From Candidatus Heimdallarchaeota archaeon (GTDB lineage Archaea > Asgardarchaeota > Heimdallarchaeia > Hodarchaeales > Hodarchaeaceae), in the NCBI GenBank assembly GCA_020353515.1, contig CP070695.1, forward strand, positions 1,556,284-1,620,283: 64,000 nucleotides of DNA, read 5' to 3'. The translations under genes were made by a program, and so were the position numbers. The notes under the pieces are model-generated. The model was given only the letters and a program-made list of their open reading frames with translations, was not told where the DNA came from and made no database searches. Positions 1-9,938 of this stretch are shown piece by piece (within the stretch, counting starts at the first letter, position 1; each line of letters begins with the position of its first letter).

Positions 1-380
1 GCAATACGTTCATCAGTTGTCGGGGTACCAAATACAACTTCGCCCGCAATAACTTGGGGATGAATAGTGTCCTGTAACCACGTTATTAGTTCATCAAAGA
101 TTTTTTCTTGGACGTCAAGAGGACACTCCGGTAAAGCCCACGGATAACTGATGATAAATGTCCCTGGTCGTGCTGGCCATTTACTAGTTTGAACATAAGC
201 TATGAGTTTCTTATCTTCTGTCAAGACATAACGGGCACTTAAAGGATCCCTTTTCTCTCCTTTAAAGCGTCTTTTGATCTCTTCTGCATCTGCAGGAAGT
301 CCTGACACTTCCGTATAGATTTTTGCTTGTTGTTCTTCTAATCCTTGACCAGGTTCATAATATCGATAAATTAATTTCAA
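1..380 (-). CDS. Hypothetical protein, possibly GNAT-like (3' end runs off the window)
   Basis: Hand-translated from TTG at 380 (GGAGA upstream): MKLIYRYYEPGQGLEEQQAKIYTEVSG...IAYVQ...IISYPW; open to the window edge; not in ORF track. Confidence 0.6.
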   Translation of the reverse strand, partial: MKLIYRYYEPGQGLEEQQAKIYTEVSGLPADAEEIKRRFKGEKRDPLSARYVLTEDKKLIAYVQTSKWPARPGTFIISYPWALPECPLDVQEKIFDELITWLQDTIHPQVIAGEVVFGTPTTDERI

Positions 381-584
381 CGTTAACCATTCTCCATCAA
401 TTGTTTGATTTGATGTTTTCCCAGTTAGTGACATTAATTAACAGGTACTGTCAATGATTGTAATCACACTTATTTAATTTACCATTGTGGCTAACCTTTA
501 AATACTCTCAAATGTTTCTCTAACTTAAAGAAAAGGAATATAAGTCGACGAAGAACCCCCTATTATTTTCATGGATGCCATAGA

Positions 585-1265
585 ATGAAAAAAGAAAGCA
601 AATCGAGCAAAGAAACCTCAGAATATTCTTTTTATCTTACATATAAACCTCAAAATGTGAAGTTAGTATCAAAAGAGGAATTAGATTTAATCAAAGAACA
701 TTATCTGATTATTTCTGCTTTACGGAATACCGTTATGAGTGTAAAGGATATTCATAATCTCTTTCAAGATCAACAAACAGGAGACTATACTTATACCTTA
801 AAAACAATTTATCGCCATTTGGAAAAACTAGAAACTGCAGGGATAGTAACAGCTGCAGGTTATCGGGAAAAAAGGGGGACACGATCATGTGAAAAGGTGT
901 ATTGTAGAACAGCGAAAATATTCTGTCCTGAAATTGAGGAGGAAGACATAGAATGGTGGGAATTAGAAAATGGTGAACATTATGCCCAAATATTTCGAGT
1001 CACATTAGCTGAGCTATTACAAACATCAGAACCAGATAAAGAATCATTTAATAAGCTATTCAAAGAATTAAATTTATTGCAGATCAGAACAAGAAAAGAA
1101 TTATTTGAAAAAGCAAGAAGCAACGAAGAGCTTGCGGACTCTCTTGGCCAACTTGATATTAACAAATTAAATTCCATCGTTGATTTAGCAAGTATCCTTA
1201 AAGTCCTTATACAAGATCCAGATGTGCTTAGTGAAATGAGAAACCTCTTAAACGTGAAAGAATAG
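585..1265 (+). CDS. Winged-helix DNA-binding protein
   Basis: ArsR-like wHTH pattern MSVKDI...TLKTIYRHLEKLETAGIV...KVYCRTAK. Confidence 0.65.
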   Translation: MKKESKSSKETSEYSFYLTYKPQNVKLVSKEELDLIKEHYLIISALRNTVMSVKDIHNLFQDQQTGDYTYTLKTIYRHLEKLETAGIVTAAGYREKRGTRSCEKVYCRTAKIFCPEIEEEDIEWWELENGEHYAQIFRVTLAELLQTSEPDKESFNKLFKELNLLQIRTRKELFEKARSNEELADSLGQLDINKLNSIVDLASILKVLIQDPDVLSEMRNLLNVKE

Positions 1266-1317
1266 TAGATGGTTCATTATAAGCATTTAAGAATCACTGA
1301 TATTTGTTTCAAACCAA

Positions 1318-1830
1318 ATGCCTGTCAATAAACTCTTTCTTGAAACTGTCCTGAAAAGATTTCAATATTTAAAACAGAAGACAGAAAAGGCGATTAATCA
1401 ACTAAACAATGATGAAGATTTTTTTTTCCTGCTTGATCACCACTCAAATAGCATTGCCATCCTAATCAGACATCTTGCAGGGAATATGGAGGCTAGATGG
1501 TCAAATCCTTTCATATCTGATGGTGAAGAATCACGAAATCGTCCTGAAGAATTCAATCGATCCGCCATCATAACAAAAAAGGAGTTAATGCAAATTTGGG
1601 ATAACGGCTGGCAATGTTTATTCAATACACTAAACAATCTAACACCAGCAGATCTAGTAAAGGATATTTACATTAGAGGCAAAAGATATTCGCTTTTAGA
1701 AGCAATCCAATGGCAATTATCTCATTATTCAACACATATTGGGCAGATATTGTTTCTTGTCAAGCATATTAAAGGTGATTCTTGGCTTCCCCTTGATAAT
1801 TTACCTACTTGGGCTCAAAAGAAATCTTAG
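1318..1830 (+). CDS. DUF1572/DinB-like protein
   Basis: SNSIAILIRHLAGNM..RW, RNRPEEF and HYSTHIGQI motifs of the DinB/DUF1572 family. Confidence 0.8.
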   Translation: MPVNKLFLETVLKRFQYLKQKTEKAINQLNNDEDFFFLLDHHSNSIAILIRHLAGNMEARWSNPFISDGEESRNRPEEFNRSAIITKKELMQIWDNGWQCLFNTLNNLTPADLVKDIYIRGKRYSLLEAIQWQLSHYSTHIGQILFLVKHIKGDSWLPLDNLPTWAQKKS

Positions 1831-1900
1831 TAATCCTGTGTCGTGAAATGTGCTTTATTTCAACAACACCTAATCATGCAATTGGGCTACTTGAACTTAC

Positions 1901-2914
1901 TTACACGAAATATCCTTTCTCTAGATTAGTATCTATTTTTGATAAGACTTTATTGATTTGGGAGACTTTCTTCCTTGAGAGTGGGCCAAATTCCATCGCC
2001 TTGACGTTTTCTTCGACTTGGATCATATTCCTGAAACCTGGAATAGGGATTAACATATCATTTTGAGCCCATATCCAACCTAAGGCTGCTTGTGCGAGAG
2101 TTCGGCCATCATCAATAAGAATTTCATGGATTTCCTCTAAAAGTGTTCGGACTTTCGCTATCCTTCCCTGATCAAATATTATTGAATGTAATAGATGATT
2201 ATTTGGTAATTTTGAATCATCTTTGTATTTACCTGTCAAAATCCCTGAACCAAGTGGGCCTTTTATTAATCCTGCAAGATTAAATCCGTTTATTATTTCT
2301 TCGATCATCCTAAAATTATGAAAAGTAAGGTTATGTTTAAACTGAACGATAGTACAGTGTTTTCCCTTTGCAAAAATTCTTGCACGATTAGGATCATCAG
2401 TACTCCAACCATAATAATGTATCTTCCCCTCTTCAGCTAAATCCTCGAGAGTTGTTAATACTTCAGGAGTTCGTTTGGGATCCATTCGATTCAAATGCAG
2501 CTGATAGAGATCAATGTAATCAGTCTGTAATCGCTTTAAACTATCTTCACAAGACTTTTGTATAAATTTTGGAGTTATTTTCTGCTCAATTACTTGACAG
2601 GGTACTGAAGAAGAGTGAGACGTTTCTTTCCAAGCAAGTCCAAACTTCGTGGCGATAATTACTTCTTCTCTTCTTCCTTTGAGTGCCTCTCCTAATACTG
2701 TTTCACTGTGGCCACATCCATAAATGTTTGATGTATCAAATAAGGTCACTCCTAAATCTAAGCTTCTACGAATGGCTCGAATGGACTCTTTTTTATCAAC
2801 ATCTCCATAACCAAGGGTACGACCGTATTCATCTTTGAACGGCCCACCTATAGCTGCACAACCCAACCCCATTGCACTGACTTGGATTCCACTTCTGCCT
2901 AATGTCCTTTTCAT
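1901..2914 (-). CDS. Aldo/keto reductase
   Basis: RTLGRSGIQVSAMGLG, FDTSNIYG, IATKFG, SLKRLQTDYIDLYQLH, PIPG motifs. Confidence 0.95.
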   Translation of the reverse strand: MKRTLGRSGIQVSAMGLGCAAIGGPFKDEYGRTLGYGDVDKKESIRAIRRSLDLGVTLFDTSNIYGCGHSETVLGEALKGRREEVIIATKFGLAWKETSHSSSVPCQVIEQKITPKFIQKSCEDSLKRLQTDYIDLYQLHLNRMDPKRTPEVLTTLEDLAEEGKIHYYGWSTDDPNRARIFAKGKHCTIVQFKHNLTFHNFRMIEEIINGFNLAGLIKGPLGSGILTGKYKDDSKLPNNHLLHSIIFDQGRIAKVRTLLEEIHEILIDDGRTLAQAALGWIWAQNDMLIPIPGFRNMIQVEENVKAMEFGPLSRKKVSQINKVLSKIDTNLEKGYFV

Positions 2915-2982
2915 CCTTTTATCTCACGTTTCGTTATAGCAAATCAAATATATTAAAGGCCTGAAGATAATTTGGGAAATAT

Positions 2983-3204
2983 ATGAAAAAAGATAAATCG
3001 TCGCGTGGAGCTGTATATAAGAATGATTGGAAATATCTTCTTGCAGGATGGTTTGTCATGACTGTAGTGTTGTTTCTAATATATAAATCATCCAACACTA
3101 CTCCTGGACCAAATGATTTCTTTACACTCTTAGGGATATGTCTCTCGAGCTTGTTTGGAATACTCCTTATGTATGAATACTATATTTATCGTCATAGGGA
3201 TTAA
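2983..3204 (+). CDS. Small two-TM membrane protein
   Basis: 73-aa ORF with two hydrophobic segments; T-tract downstream. Confidence 0.5.
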   Translation: MKKDKSSRGAVYKNDWKYLLAGWFVMTVVLFLIYKSSNTTPGPNDFFTLLGICLSSLFGILLMYEYYIYRHRD

Positions 3205-3251
3205 TATCTAACCACTACTGTTCTTTTTTTTTTAAAAGGAGGAAAGAAAAC

Positions 3252-4106
3252 CTAGGGTCTTCGTTTCCGGGATACTATGAAAAAGAGAACAAGACTGAAA
3301 ACTAAGACTTCTAACTCAAAGCTTGGTGTACCATCAGTAGTAGTTGCTGACGTAGTAGTACCAGTGGGAGTAACATCGATAGTATCACTAATAGTAATGT
3401 TATCAATGGCTGAATCACCGATCCAAGAACCAACCACGAATTGTTCACATGTTGTCGTACCATTGTGAGTAATACTAATGATAGGGGGAGCGGATGAACC
3501 AGTAGCATCAAAAAAGACATTAAATCTTCCGTTTAGAGAACGAGTAATATCAATATGATGAGAACCAGTAATGGATGAGGTGAAAACTTTGGTTTGTAGG
3601 GGATCACCAACCCCACTCCGAAAGAAATTAATGGAATTATCACCAAGAGGGCCCTTACTTCCAGACTGAAGGATTAACCTATACCCAGGCGTAGGAAGAG
3701 CTATTGTTACACCTGTGAGGTTCCTTGGGAAATCATTAATCAAGAAAAATATGTTGACATAGGATTCATGGTCTTCACCAGGTTCGACCATCCAATCAAA
3801 ACTCCACGTTCCATAAGCTACAGTACTGTTCCGATAAGCACTACTCCAAAAATTACCAAAGGAGTCGGAGGGTGAGTTCATTTTGAGAACCCCATCAACA
3901 ACAGCTGGATCGTTAGTAGTGTTTGGTTGAAAACCATTAACATCATCATAAGAATACCCTACGAGTGTCCATTCATCAAACGGAGGATTTTCCCAATCCT
4001 CTTTCCAAACCACCTTAGCAGTTACCTGCGTGAGGGGAAGCAGAAATAATACTCCTAAGGGAAGGATAAAATTTAAGCGGAAAATAGTAAACTTGTTAAC
4101 CGACAT
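3252..4106 (-). CDS. Secreted beta-sandwich (ConA-like) surface protein with C-terminal sorting signal
   Basis: Signal peptide, Thr-rich linker, TPSFE + TM + RKRR tail. Confidence 0.7.
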   Translation of the reverse strand: MSVNKFTIFRLNFILPLGVLFLLPLTQVTAKVVWKEDWENPPFDEWTLVGYSYDDVNGFQPNTTNDPAVVDGVLKMNSPSDSFGNFWSSAYRNSTVAYGTWSFDWMVEPGEDHESYVNIFFLINDFPRNLTGVTIALPTPGYRLILQSGSKGPLGDNSINFFRSGVGDPLQTKVFTSSITGSHHIDITRSLNGRFNVFFDATGSSAPPIISITHNGTTTCEQFVVGSWIGDSAIDNITISDTIDVTPTGTTTSATTTDGTPSFELEVLVFSLVLFFIVSRKRRP

Positions 4107-4338
4107 AATTCCTCAACCTCTTTCCAAATGATAATTGTGTGTTTACAAGAGAGAAAGGAGTTTATAGCCATATATAAATGTAATTACATTTAATCGGTAT
4201 CTTTGGGAGAAATTTTTTTTCGACATTCAATCATAGAATATCATGAACTATGGAGTATGTCCCCTGAAATTTGGAGAGAGTTGATTACCAGTATCGAAGT
4301 GTTTTTATTTAGAAGATATGAGTTCTTGAGGAATACCA

Positions 4339-5151
4339 TTGTATATTAACACACACTTCCATCTAGATGATCCTTGGTTAAAAGGAGACCAAAGACGGCA
4401 AGAAGCAATCCGAGATATTGATAGGAATCATATTGTGACGTTAGCTCAATCCTGTAGTATTGAGTCATATGAGAAAATCCTATCTTATTCCAATCAATCA
4501 AAATATATTTTCCCTTCTTTCGGTATTCTTCCTTGGTATGCCCACGAGTACATTGATCGGATGGAAGAAGTAGCTGAGCTTTGTGAGGAAGCATTGATGT
4601 TAGGCGAGGTTGGACTAGATGAAAGAAATGCAGAGGACAAAACCTGCATTCCTCATCAACGTCCATTATTCAAAATCTTTTTAGAAGCAGCAGAAAAGAA
4701 GAATCTGTTAATGAATCTCCACTTTCGTGGAACTGAAGAAGAAGGACTCAATCTGTTAAAGACATATGATGTCAAGAAGGCAATCTTTCATGCATATTCG
4801 GGTTCTTTAGAATTAATGAACCAAATCACAGATCAAGGATATTACTATTCAGTGGGCCTTTCAAGTCTATTCCTGAATCGGATGAAAAGAAGGGATCTTT
4901 TTGTTGAGAGAGTTAAGAATATTCCCGACGATTTACTGGTAGTAGAAATAGATGAACTTCCAACAATTGAATGGTTCAAAATGGATTTTGAGGTAAGTTC
5001 CACCTTGTTTCCGAAGATAATCAAAGCTATTGCAGACATTAGAAATAGTACTCCAGAAGAAATTAAATCACAATGCCATGAAAATGTCACGAAACTTATA
5101 GGAAATGATTCTAGGTTGATGAATATCGCTAAAATCTTAAAAAAGCATTAG
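4339..5151 (+). CDS. tatD: TatD-family metallohydrolase
   Basis: NTHFH, GEVGLD, LHFR, FHAYSG, EID motifs. Confidence 0.85.
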   Translation: MYINTHFHLDDPWLKGDQRRQEAIRDIDRNHIVTLAQSCSIESYEKILSYSNQSKYIFPSFGILPWYAHEYIDRMEEVAELCEEALMLGEVGLDERNAEDKTCIPHQRPLFKIFLEAAEKKNLLMNLHFRGTEEEGLNLLKTYDVKKAIFHAYSGSLELMNQITDQGYYYSVGLSSLFLNRMKRRDLFVERVKNIPDDLLVVEIDELPTIEWFKMDFEVSSTLFPKIIKAIADIRNSTPEEIKSQCHENVTKLIGNDSRLMNIAKILKKH

Positions 5152-5152
5152 G

Positions 5153-5623
5153 ATGGAAGAAGTGATGGACGAGGTCTTGGAAAAAATTCGGACTATTCGA
5201 CAGAGTTGGAGAGATCCTAAAAAGTTAAATCAGTTACTGGATGAATGGGAAAGAGATTTTGGGGATGAATATAGTCAGATGTCAGAGGAGCTAGTAGCAG
5301 AACATACAAGCACCAGCTGGGAGAAAATTGCTTCCCAAAAAGGGCTTTCATCATTAGATGACTTGATCAGTGTTCTTTGGGAACAATGGACTGAAGGAGA
5401 ATTTACTATTGAACGGACGAAAACAGCAGTACAAATCTATTGTACAAAATGTCCAATCGCAGATGCTTACCGGTCTATTAACAAAGAAAAGTATGGCATA
5501 CAATTTCATTGTAGCGAGGATCCTTTCATTGTTAAAGGGTATAATCCAAAAATAACATTCAAGCGTACAAAAACGTTAATGAATGGGGATGAGTATTGTG
5601 ATCATTTTTACTCGTTAGAGTAA
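5153..5623 (+). CDS. L-2-amino-thiazoline-4-carboxylate hydrolase (ATC hydrolase)/V4R-like protein
   Basis: TKCPIA...C..D...GYNPKI.F.RTKTLM.GD..CD pattern. Confidence 0.75.
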   Translation: MEEVMDEVLEKIRTIRQSWRDPKKLNQLLDEWERDFGDEYSQMSEELVAEHTSTSWEKIASQKGLSSLDDLISVLWEQWTEGEFTIERTKTAVQIYCTKCPIADAYRSINKEKYGIQFHCSEDPFIVKGYNPKITFKRTKTLMNGDEYCDHFYSLE

Positions 5624-5683
5624 AATATGCTTTACATCTAGTTATCAATACTTCTCTGAGACAATTGTGATATATTATATGTG

Positions 5684-6148
5684 CTAAAACAGACCGAACC
5701 GTTTTTTCTTCTTTTTTTCCTTCTTTTTATTCTTGAATTTTTCAAGAAATTTGTTGGGGTCTCCCAATAATTTCTGCATTTCCTGTTGTTTCTTAAGGAG
5801 TGGATTCTCATCAAGATGCTCCATGTTATATTCTAATCTCTCCGATATTTCCTCTGATGAAAAAGGGGTTCCTGTGTCATCCACGATCTCCAATCTGTGC
5901 AGAATATCTTTCAATTTTTCGGGTGGCCCAGTTGGAACCATAATAATCCCTTTGGGGGTATTTACCATGATTTCACTATTTACAATGATAGGTACGCTAC
6001 AATTAGGACACGCTGTTTGGTAATATCCTCCATCTACCAATGTTTGAACCATATCTGGATATAACCATGTTGTGATACTTTCTGGTAACCCAAAATTAAA
6101 CACATGCTCACACTGACATCTGATCGCAATCGAACTGAGTATTGTCAT
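5684..6148 (-). CDS. CpXC-domain zinc-ribbon protein with Lys-rich tail
   Basis: CQCEH.F...SITT..YP...CPNC pattern. Confidence 0.6.
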   Translation of the reverse strand: MTILSSIAIRCQCEHVFNFGLPESITTWLYPDMVQTLVDGGYYQTACPNCSVPIIVNSEIMVNTPKGIIMVPTGPPEKLKDILHRLEIVDDTGTPFSSEEISERLEYNMEHLDENPLLKKQQEMQKLLGDPNKFLEKFKNKKKEKKKKKRFGLF

Positions 6149-6464
6149 AAGAAATCAGCTTACACACATGTCTTCTAGCTTTATGAAGTACTCTTTGATA
6201 AATTGATCTCAATATAATTATATTATCACTATAAAGTAATGGCTTTGTGATCAATCATTGACCATTTGAGCTATTCAATTTGGAAACGAGAAAAGGTGAT
6301 TGAAACGATTGCAAAAATAAAGAAAAATTAGAAAGAAAAGAAAATTAATGAATCAAATACTTTTGAAGAACCTTCTGGGTAAGTACACATTCGTCATTTT
6401 CAGTTACCTCACAGAAAGGTTTATAAGAACAGAAATCAAAAGGTTAACAATAATGTGTTAAAGA

Positions 6465-8033
6465 ATGAAGCTGACTACTGACAACATTGTCCAAAAAATC
6501 ATGTACCAGACGAATTTCTCGAGAGAGGAAGTGTTACTTCAGATTAAAAACCTTGCAAAATCGCTAAAATATAGGAAGGAAGAGGGAAAAGTTGTTGTGG
6601 ACGAGGATCCGACAATCCCCAAGCTCCTCGCCCAAGAATGGAACGTGGATTTAGGTGATCCTTCTGATTACCTGTATACGGAACTCATCTTTGATAATTG
6701 GCCGTTGTTTGCCCGAATCATCCCGTTGACGACGGTAACAAAGGACAAAATTGTCAAAATACTCAAGACAATTGGGCCCGAACTAGAAGCACAACTCCAA
6801 CGGAAATCACGTAAGACTTACGGTTTAGAAAAGCACCATCCCTTTGGGAAAATTTTACTGTGGCAAAAAATCGTGGGGGATGATGTCTTTGTGAGGGATG
6901 GGATCTTATTTTACCTGAGACCTTATGTCGGAAGTTACGACGATGACGCCATTGATGATTCCCTTGTAAGTTATACATTTGAAGACATAATCACTCAAGC
7001 AGAACTGTATCGGACATTCACCGACTATAAGGTTGTTAAAACAGCTGATCCCCAAAAAACTTACATCCCATACTCACTGTTCGAGAAAATATACATTACA
7101 CCCCCTGAATGGATGGACCCAGATGAACGAAATCGTCATGGGTGTGTAAAGTTCCCTTACATCACTCTTGAAGCAGGGACGCCAGGAGTGGATACCCTTT
7201 TCTTTGTTAATTCAGCCACGAAGGAGATCGTCGGGATAGAAGCCCTACAAGACCATCCTACAATTCGGACGATTTGCATTGTAGATGGACATAACACCCT
7301 TGAAAAATTAGATTTCCCGCCAGACCTATCCCTCCCAAATCTTGAGCACCTGGAAATCCTTTATACCTCGCTCAGACACTCTCTAGATATCTCTTTCATA
7401 CAAAATTGCCCTAATTTAAGTACAATTATGTTAGAAATTTTGCCATATTCGCTTTCTCAATCTTCCACGCATGAGCTCATCATACCTCCATTAGTGAACC
7501 ATCAAAATTTAGAACAAATTAGTATAAGTGGGGGTTTCAAATCGATTATACTGACCCCTCCTTGGCATTGCCCAAATCTCCAAGAACTGTATCTTACTCA
7601 TAATTCCCTTAAAACAATAGACCTACGACCTCTTGAGAACTGTCCTAGTCTCCAAGTATTCATGCTAGATGATTTTCAAGCAAAAACCTTTAACTTAGAG
7701 CCATTCCGACACTGTCCTGATCTGGAAAAACTCAGTCTTTATGATAGCCAGATTGAAGAACTAGATCTTTCCCCCCTAAAACACTGTTTAAATTTACGCA
7801 GATTATTTCTATCACATAACCACTTGAAGAACATAGATTTTTCTCCTCTTAAAACCCATCCCTCTCTAGAGAAAGTGTATTTATCAGGGAACCAATTAGA
7901 AACCTTTGATCTTTCTCCTTTAATAGATTGCCCAAATCTTAGACTTGTGGATTTAACGAAAAACCCATTAACTAATCAGCCCTCACTTATGCTTACACAT
8001 TTCTATCAGAAGGATTTAGAAATTATTCTATAA
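6465..8033 (+). CDS. Leucine-rich repeat protein
   Basis: Repeated LxxLxLxxNxLxxIDLxPLxxCxx units in the C-terminal half. Confidence 0.9.
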   Translation: MKLTTDNIVQKIMYQTNFSREEVLLQIKNLAKSLKYRKEEGKVVVDEDPTIPKLLAQEWNVDLGDPSDYLYTELIFDNWPLFARIIPLTTVTKDKIVKILKTIGPELEAQLQRKSRKTYGLEKHHPFGKILLWQKIVGDDVFVRDGILFYLRPYVGSYDDDAIDDSLVSYTFEDIITQAELYRTFTDYKVVKTADPQKTYIPYSLFEKIYITPPEWMDPDERNRHGCVKFPYITLEAGTPGVDTLFFVNSATKEIVGIEALQDHPTIRTICIVDGHNTLEKLDFPPDLSLPNLEHLEILYTSLRHSLDISFIQNCPNLSTIMLEILPYSLSQSSTHELIIPPLVNHQNLEQISISGGFKSIILTPPWHCPNLQELYLTHNSLKTIDLRPLENCPSLQVFMLDDFQAKTFNLEPFRHCPDLEKLSLYDSQIEELDLSPLKHCLNLRRLFLSHNHLKNIDFSPLKTHPSLEKVYLSGNQLETFDLSPLIDCPNLRLVDLTKNPLTNQPSLMLTHFYQKDLEIIL

Positions 8034-8227
8034 AAGAGAGCGATTGCTCTCCAGTTTTTCCATTTACAACAGTACCGAGCCCTTAGGATTGTATTTCAAT
8101 TTGTGATTACTATGTGAATATATTGTAACCATTCATTGAACATAATTAATACTATCTCCCCTCTCCTGCCTTCGTCACTCGGTCATGGTCATTTTATAGT
8201 TAAAAGCGCTCCCACTTGGCCAATACT

Positions 8228-8235
8228 TTTATAAA
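8228..8235 (+). promoter_or_regulatory. TATA box of the tusA-dsrE-sqr transcript
   Basis: TTTATAAA about 22 nt upstream of the start of the structured leader at 8257. Confidence 0.6.
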
Positions 8236-8256
8236 CTCACGCGCCCATTTGGTCAT

Positions 8257-8404
8257 TGGACAGCTTAGTCCTTAATTATGTCACCGCTTCCCTGTATGGG
8301 TGAGAAACAACTATTACGTTGATTCTTTCGCATCTCGGACAATCTTTCACTCAGGGGATTAAGCTGTTCACGCGCGTCTTTTCATCTCTTGATGATGAAA
8401 GACG
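8257..8404 (+). ncRNA. Putative structured 5' leader / cis-regulatory RNA of no family I recognise
   Basis: 17-bp closing stem 8257-8273/8354-8370 (13 Watson-Crick + 4 G-U, no mismatch), inner TCACC/GGTGA stem, second hairpin 8375-8404. Confidence 0.55.
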
Positions 8405-8440
8405 ATAGTTACATTTCACGATAGATAGGAAGAATAGAAA

Positions 8441-8677
8441 ATGACTGAAGTACATCAAACATTAGATGCACGGAATTTGTCTTGTCCTATGCCTGTTTTA
8501 AAATCGAAAAAGGCATTGAAAGCCTTGGAAATTAACCAAGTGCTAGAAATTTTAGCTACTGATCCTGGGAGTATGGCGGACATTCCAGCCTGGACTCGTA
8601 CCACAGGTCAGGAACTCATTGCCGCGGAAGAGCGCGGGCCCAAAGATTATCGGTTTCTCGTTAAAAGACTGAATTAA
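8441..8677 (+). CDS. tusA: TusA/SirA sulfur carrier
   Basis: LDARNLSCPMP, DPGS..DIPAW. Confidence 0.95.
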   Translation: MTEVHQTLDARNLSCPMPVLKSKKALKALEINQVLEILATDPGSMADIPAWTRTTGQELIAAEERGPKDYRFLVKRLN

Positions 8678-8695
8678 AAATAAAATGGTGATATT

Positions 8696-9205
8696 ATGAC
8701 AGAATCTATTTCCCAAAGTGTTACTCTTCCAAGTGAAGAGAGACCCAAACGTATGGCAATTATTGCCTCTAAAGGTACTCTTGATGCAGCTTATCCTCCT
8801 GTGATTCTAGCATCAACAGCAGCAGCCATGGATATGGAAGTTGCAATTTTTTTCACATTCTATGGTTTTGACCTAATCCACAAGAAGCGTAGTAAAAAAC
8901 TGAAAGTTAGCCCCATTGCTAATCCTGCAGCTCCAATGCCTGTCCCAAATATCGTTGGAATGATTCCTGGGATGACTGGGATGGCTACTTGGATGATGAA
9001 GCGTTGGATGAAGAATGCCAACGTAGCCAAGTTTGAAGAATTACGAGAAGCGTGCATTGAAAGTGGAGTCAGAATGATTGCGTGTCAAATGACTATGGAT
9101 GTCATGGGCATCAAAGAATCCGACATTATTGATGGTGTCGAGACTGGTGGTGCCGCAGCATTCTTGGAATTCGCCAAAGACGCTGACATAACATTATTTA
9201 TGTAA
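8696..9205 (+). CDS. dsrE2: DsrE2-like sulfur transfer protein (DsrE/DrsH family)
   Basis: GTLD.AYPP.ILASTAAAM, FFTFYG, ACQMTMD. Confidence 0.9.
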   Translation: MTESISQSVTLPSEERPKRMAIIASKGTLDAAYPPVILASTAAAMDMEVAIFFTFYGFDLIHKKRSKKLKVSPIANPAAPMPVPNIVGMIPGMTGMATWMMKRWMKNANVAKFEELREACIESGVRMIACQMTMDVMGIKESDIIDGVETGGAAAFLEFAKDADITLFM

Positions 9206-9242
9206 ATCTCCCCCCTCTCTTTTTATTCGTGAAGGAATTTGT

Positions 9243-9653
9243 ATGTCTAAACTCGTGATAGTATGCGATTCTGGAGCAACCGAGAAGCTTCAAACAGCTG
9301 CGTTGGTCGCTTCTGGTGCGATAACAAGTGATTACGAGGTGTTCATCTTCTTCATGCATGATGCTGTTTATGCCTTGAAAAAAGATGCTCCCCCTGAACC
9401 TGATGTTGCTAGTGTGTTTCCAGAAGTGTCAGATAAGATTAATCAAGCACGACAAGAGGGTAAACTGATTCATTGGAAGGAATTGTTGGAAGATCTCAAG
9501 GATCTCGGTGACCTTCGAATTACCGCTTGTGTACAAATCACTGAAATATTGGGGTTGGAGAAAGAAGATCTTTTACCTTTCGTGGATGATGTTGCTGGGG
9601 TAAATACCTTAGCAGAGGAAGCCATGAAAGCTGATCAAGTTATTACGATTTAA
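9243..9653 (+). CDS. DsrE-family protein
   Basis: V.IFFMHDAV, ITAC, VAGVNT. Confidence 0.8.
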   Translation: MSKLVIVCDSGATEKLQTAALVASGAITSDYEVFIFFMHDAVYALKKDAPPEPDVASVFPEVSDKINQARQEGKLIHWKELLEDLKDLGDLRITACVQITEILGLEKEDLLPFVDDVAGVNTLAEEAMKADQVITI

Positions 9654-9655
9654 AG

Positions 9656-9907
9656 GTGAAAAATATGAATCAAGAAATTATTGCTGATCAAGTAATTGAT
9701 GCTCGTGGAAGTTACTGTCCTGGTCCTTTAATGGAATTGATCAAAGCGATCAAGAAAGGCGAGGTCGGCAAAATCTACGAAGTATGGAGTAAAGATGCTG
9801 GTTCCATTCGGGACATTCCCAAATGGGTAACTAAAGCCAAACATGAGATGGTTGGAATTTTTGAAGAAAACGGCCATACTCGCTTTGTTGTCAAAAAAGT
9901 ACGATGA
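9656..9907 (+). CDS. tusA: TusA/SirA sulfur carrier (second copy)
   Basis: IDARGSYCPGPL, D.GS..DIPKW. Confidence 0.95.
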   Translation: MKNMNQEIIADQVIDARGSYCPGPLMELIKAIKKGEVGKIYEVWSKDAGSIRDIPKWVTKAKHEMVGIFEENGHTRFVVKKVR

Positions 9908-9938
9908 ATGCCCTTACTGTGTTACAGGAGATTTTAAT

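Noticed and set aside
8257-8404. 5S rRNA, tRNA, SECIS or MITE identity for the structured leader
   Set aside because: No 5S or tRNA conserved motifs; no in-frame UGA selenoprotein seen nearby; single copy in the window and G-U-biased pairing argue against terminal inverted repeats, although an 8-bp TCACGCGC repeat (8237, 8368) was noted
9843-9938. N-terminal extension of SQR containing a glutaredoxin-like CPYC
   Set aside because: It overlaps the tusA gene in another frame; a good RBS and ATG at 9939 give a normal SQR start
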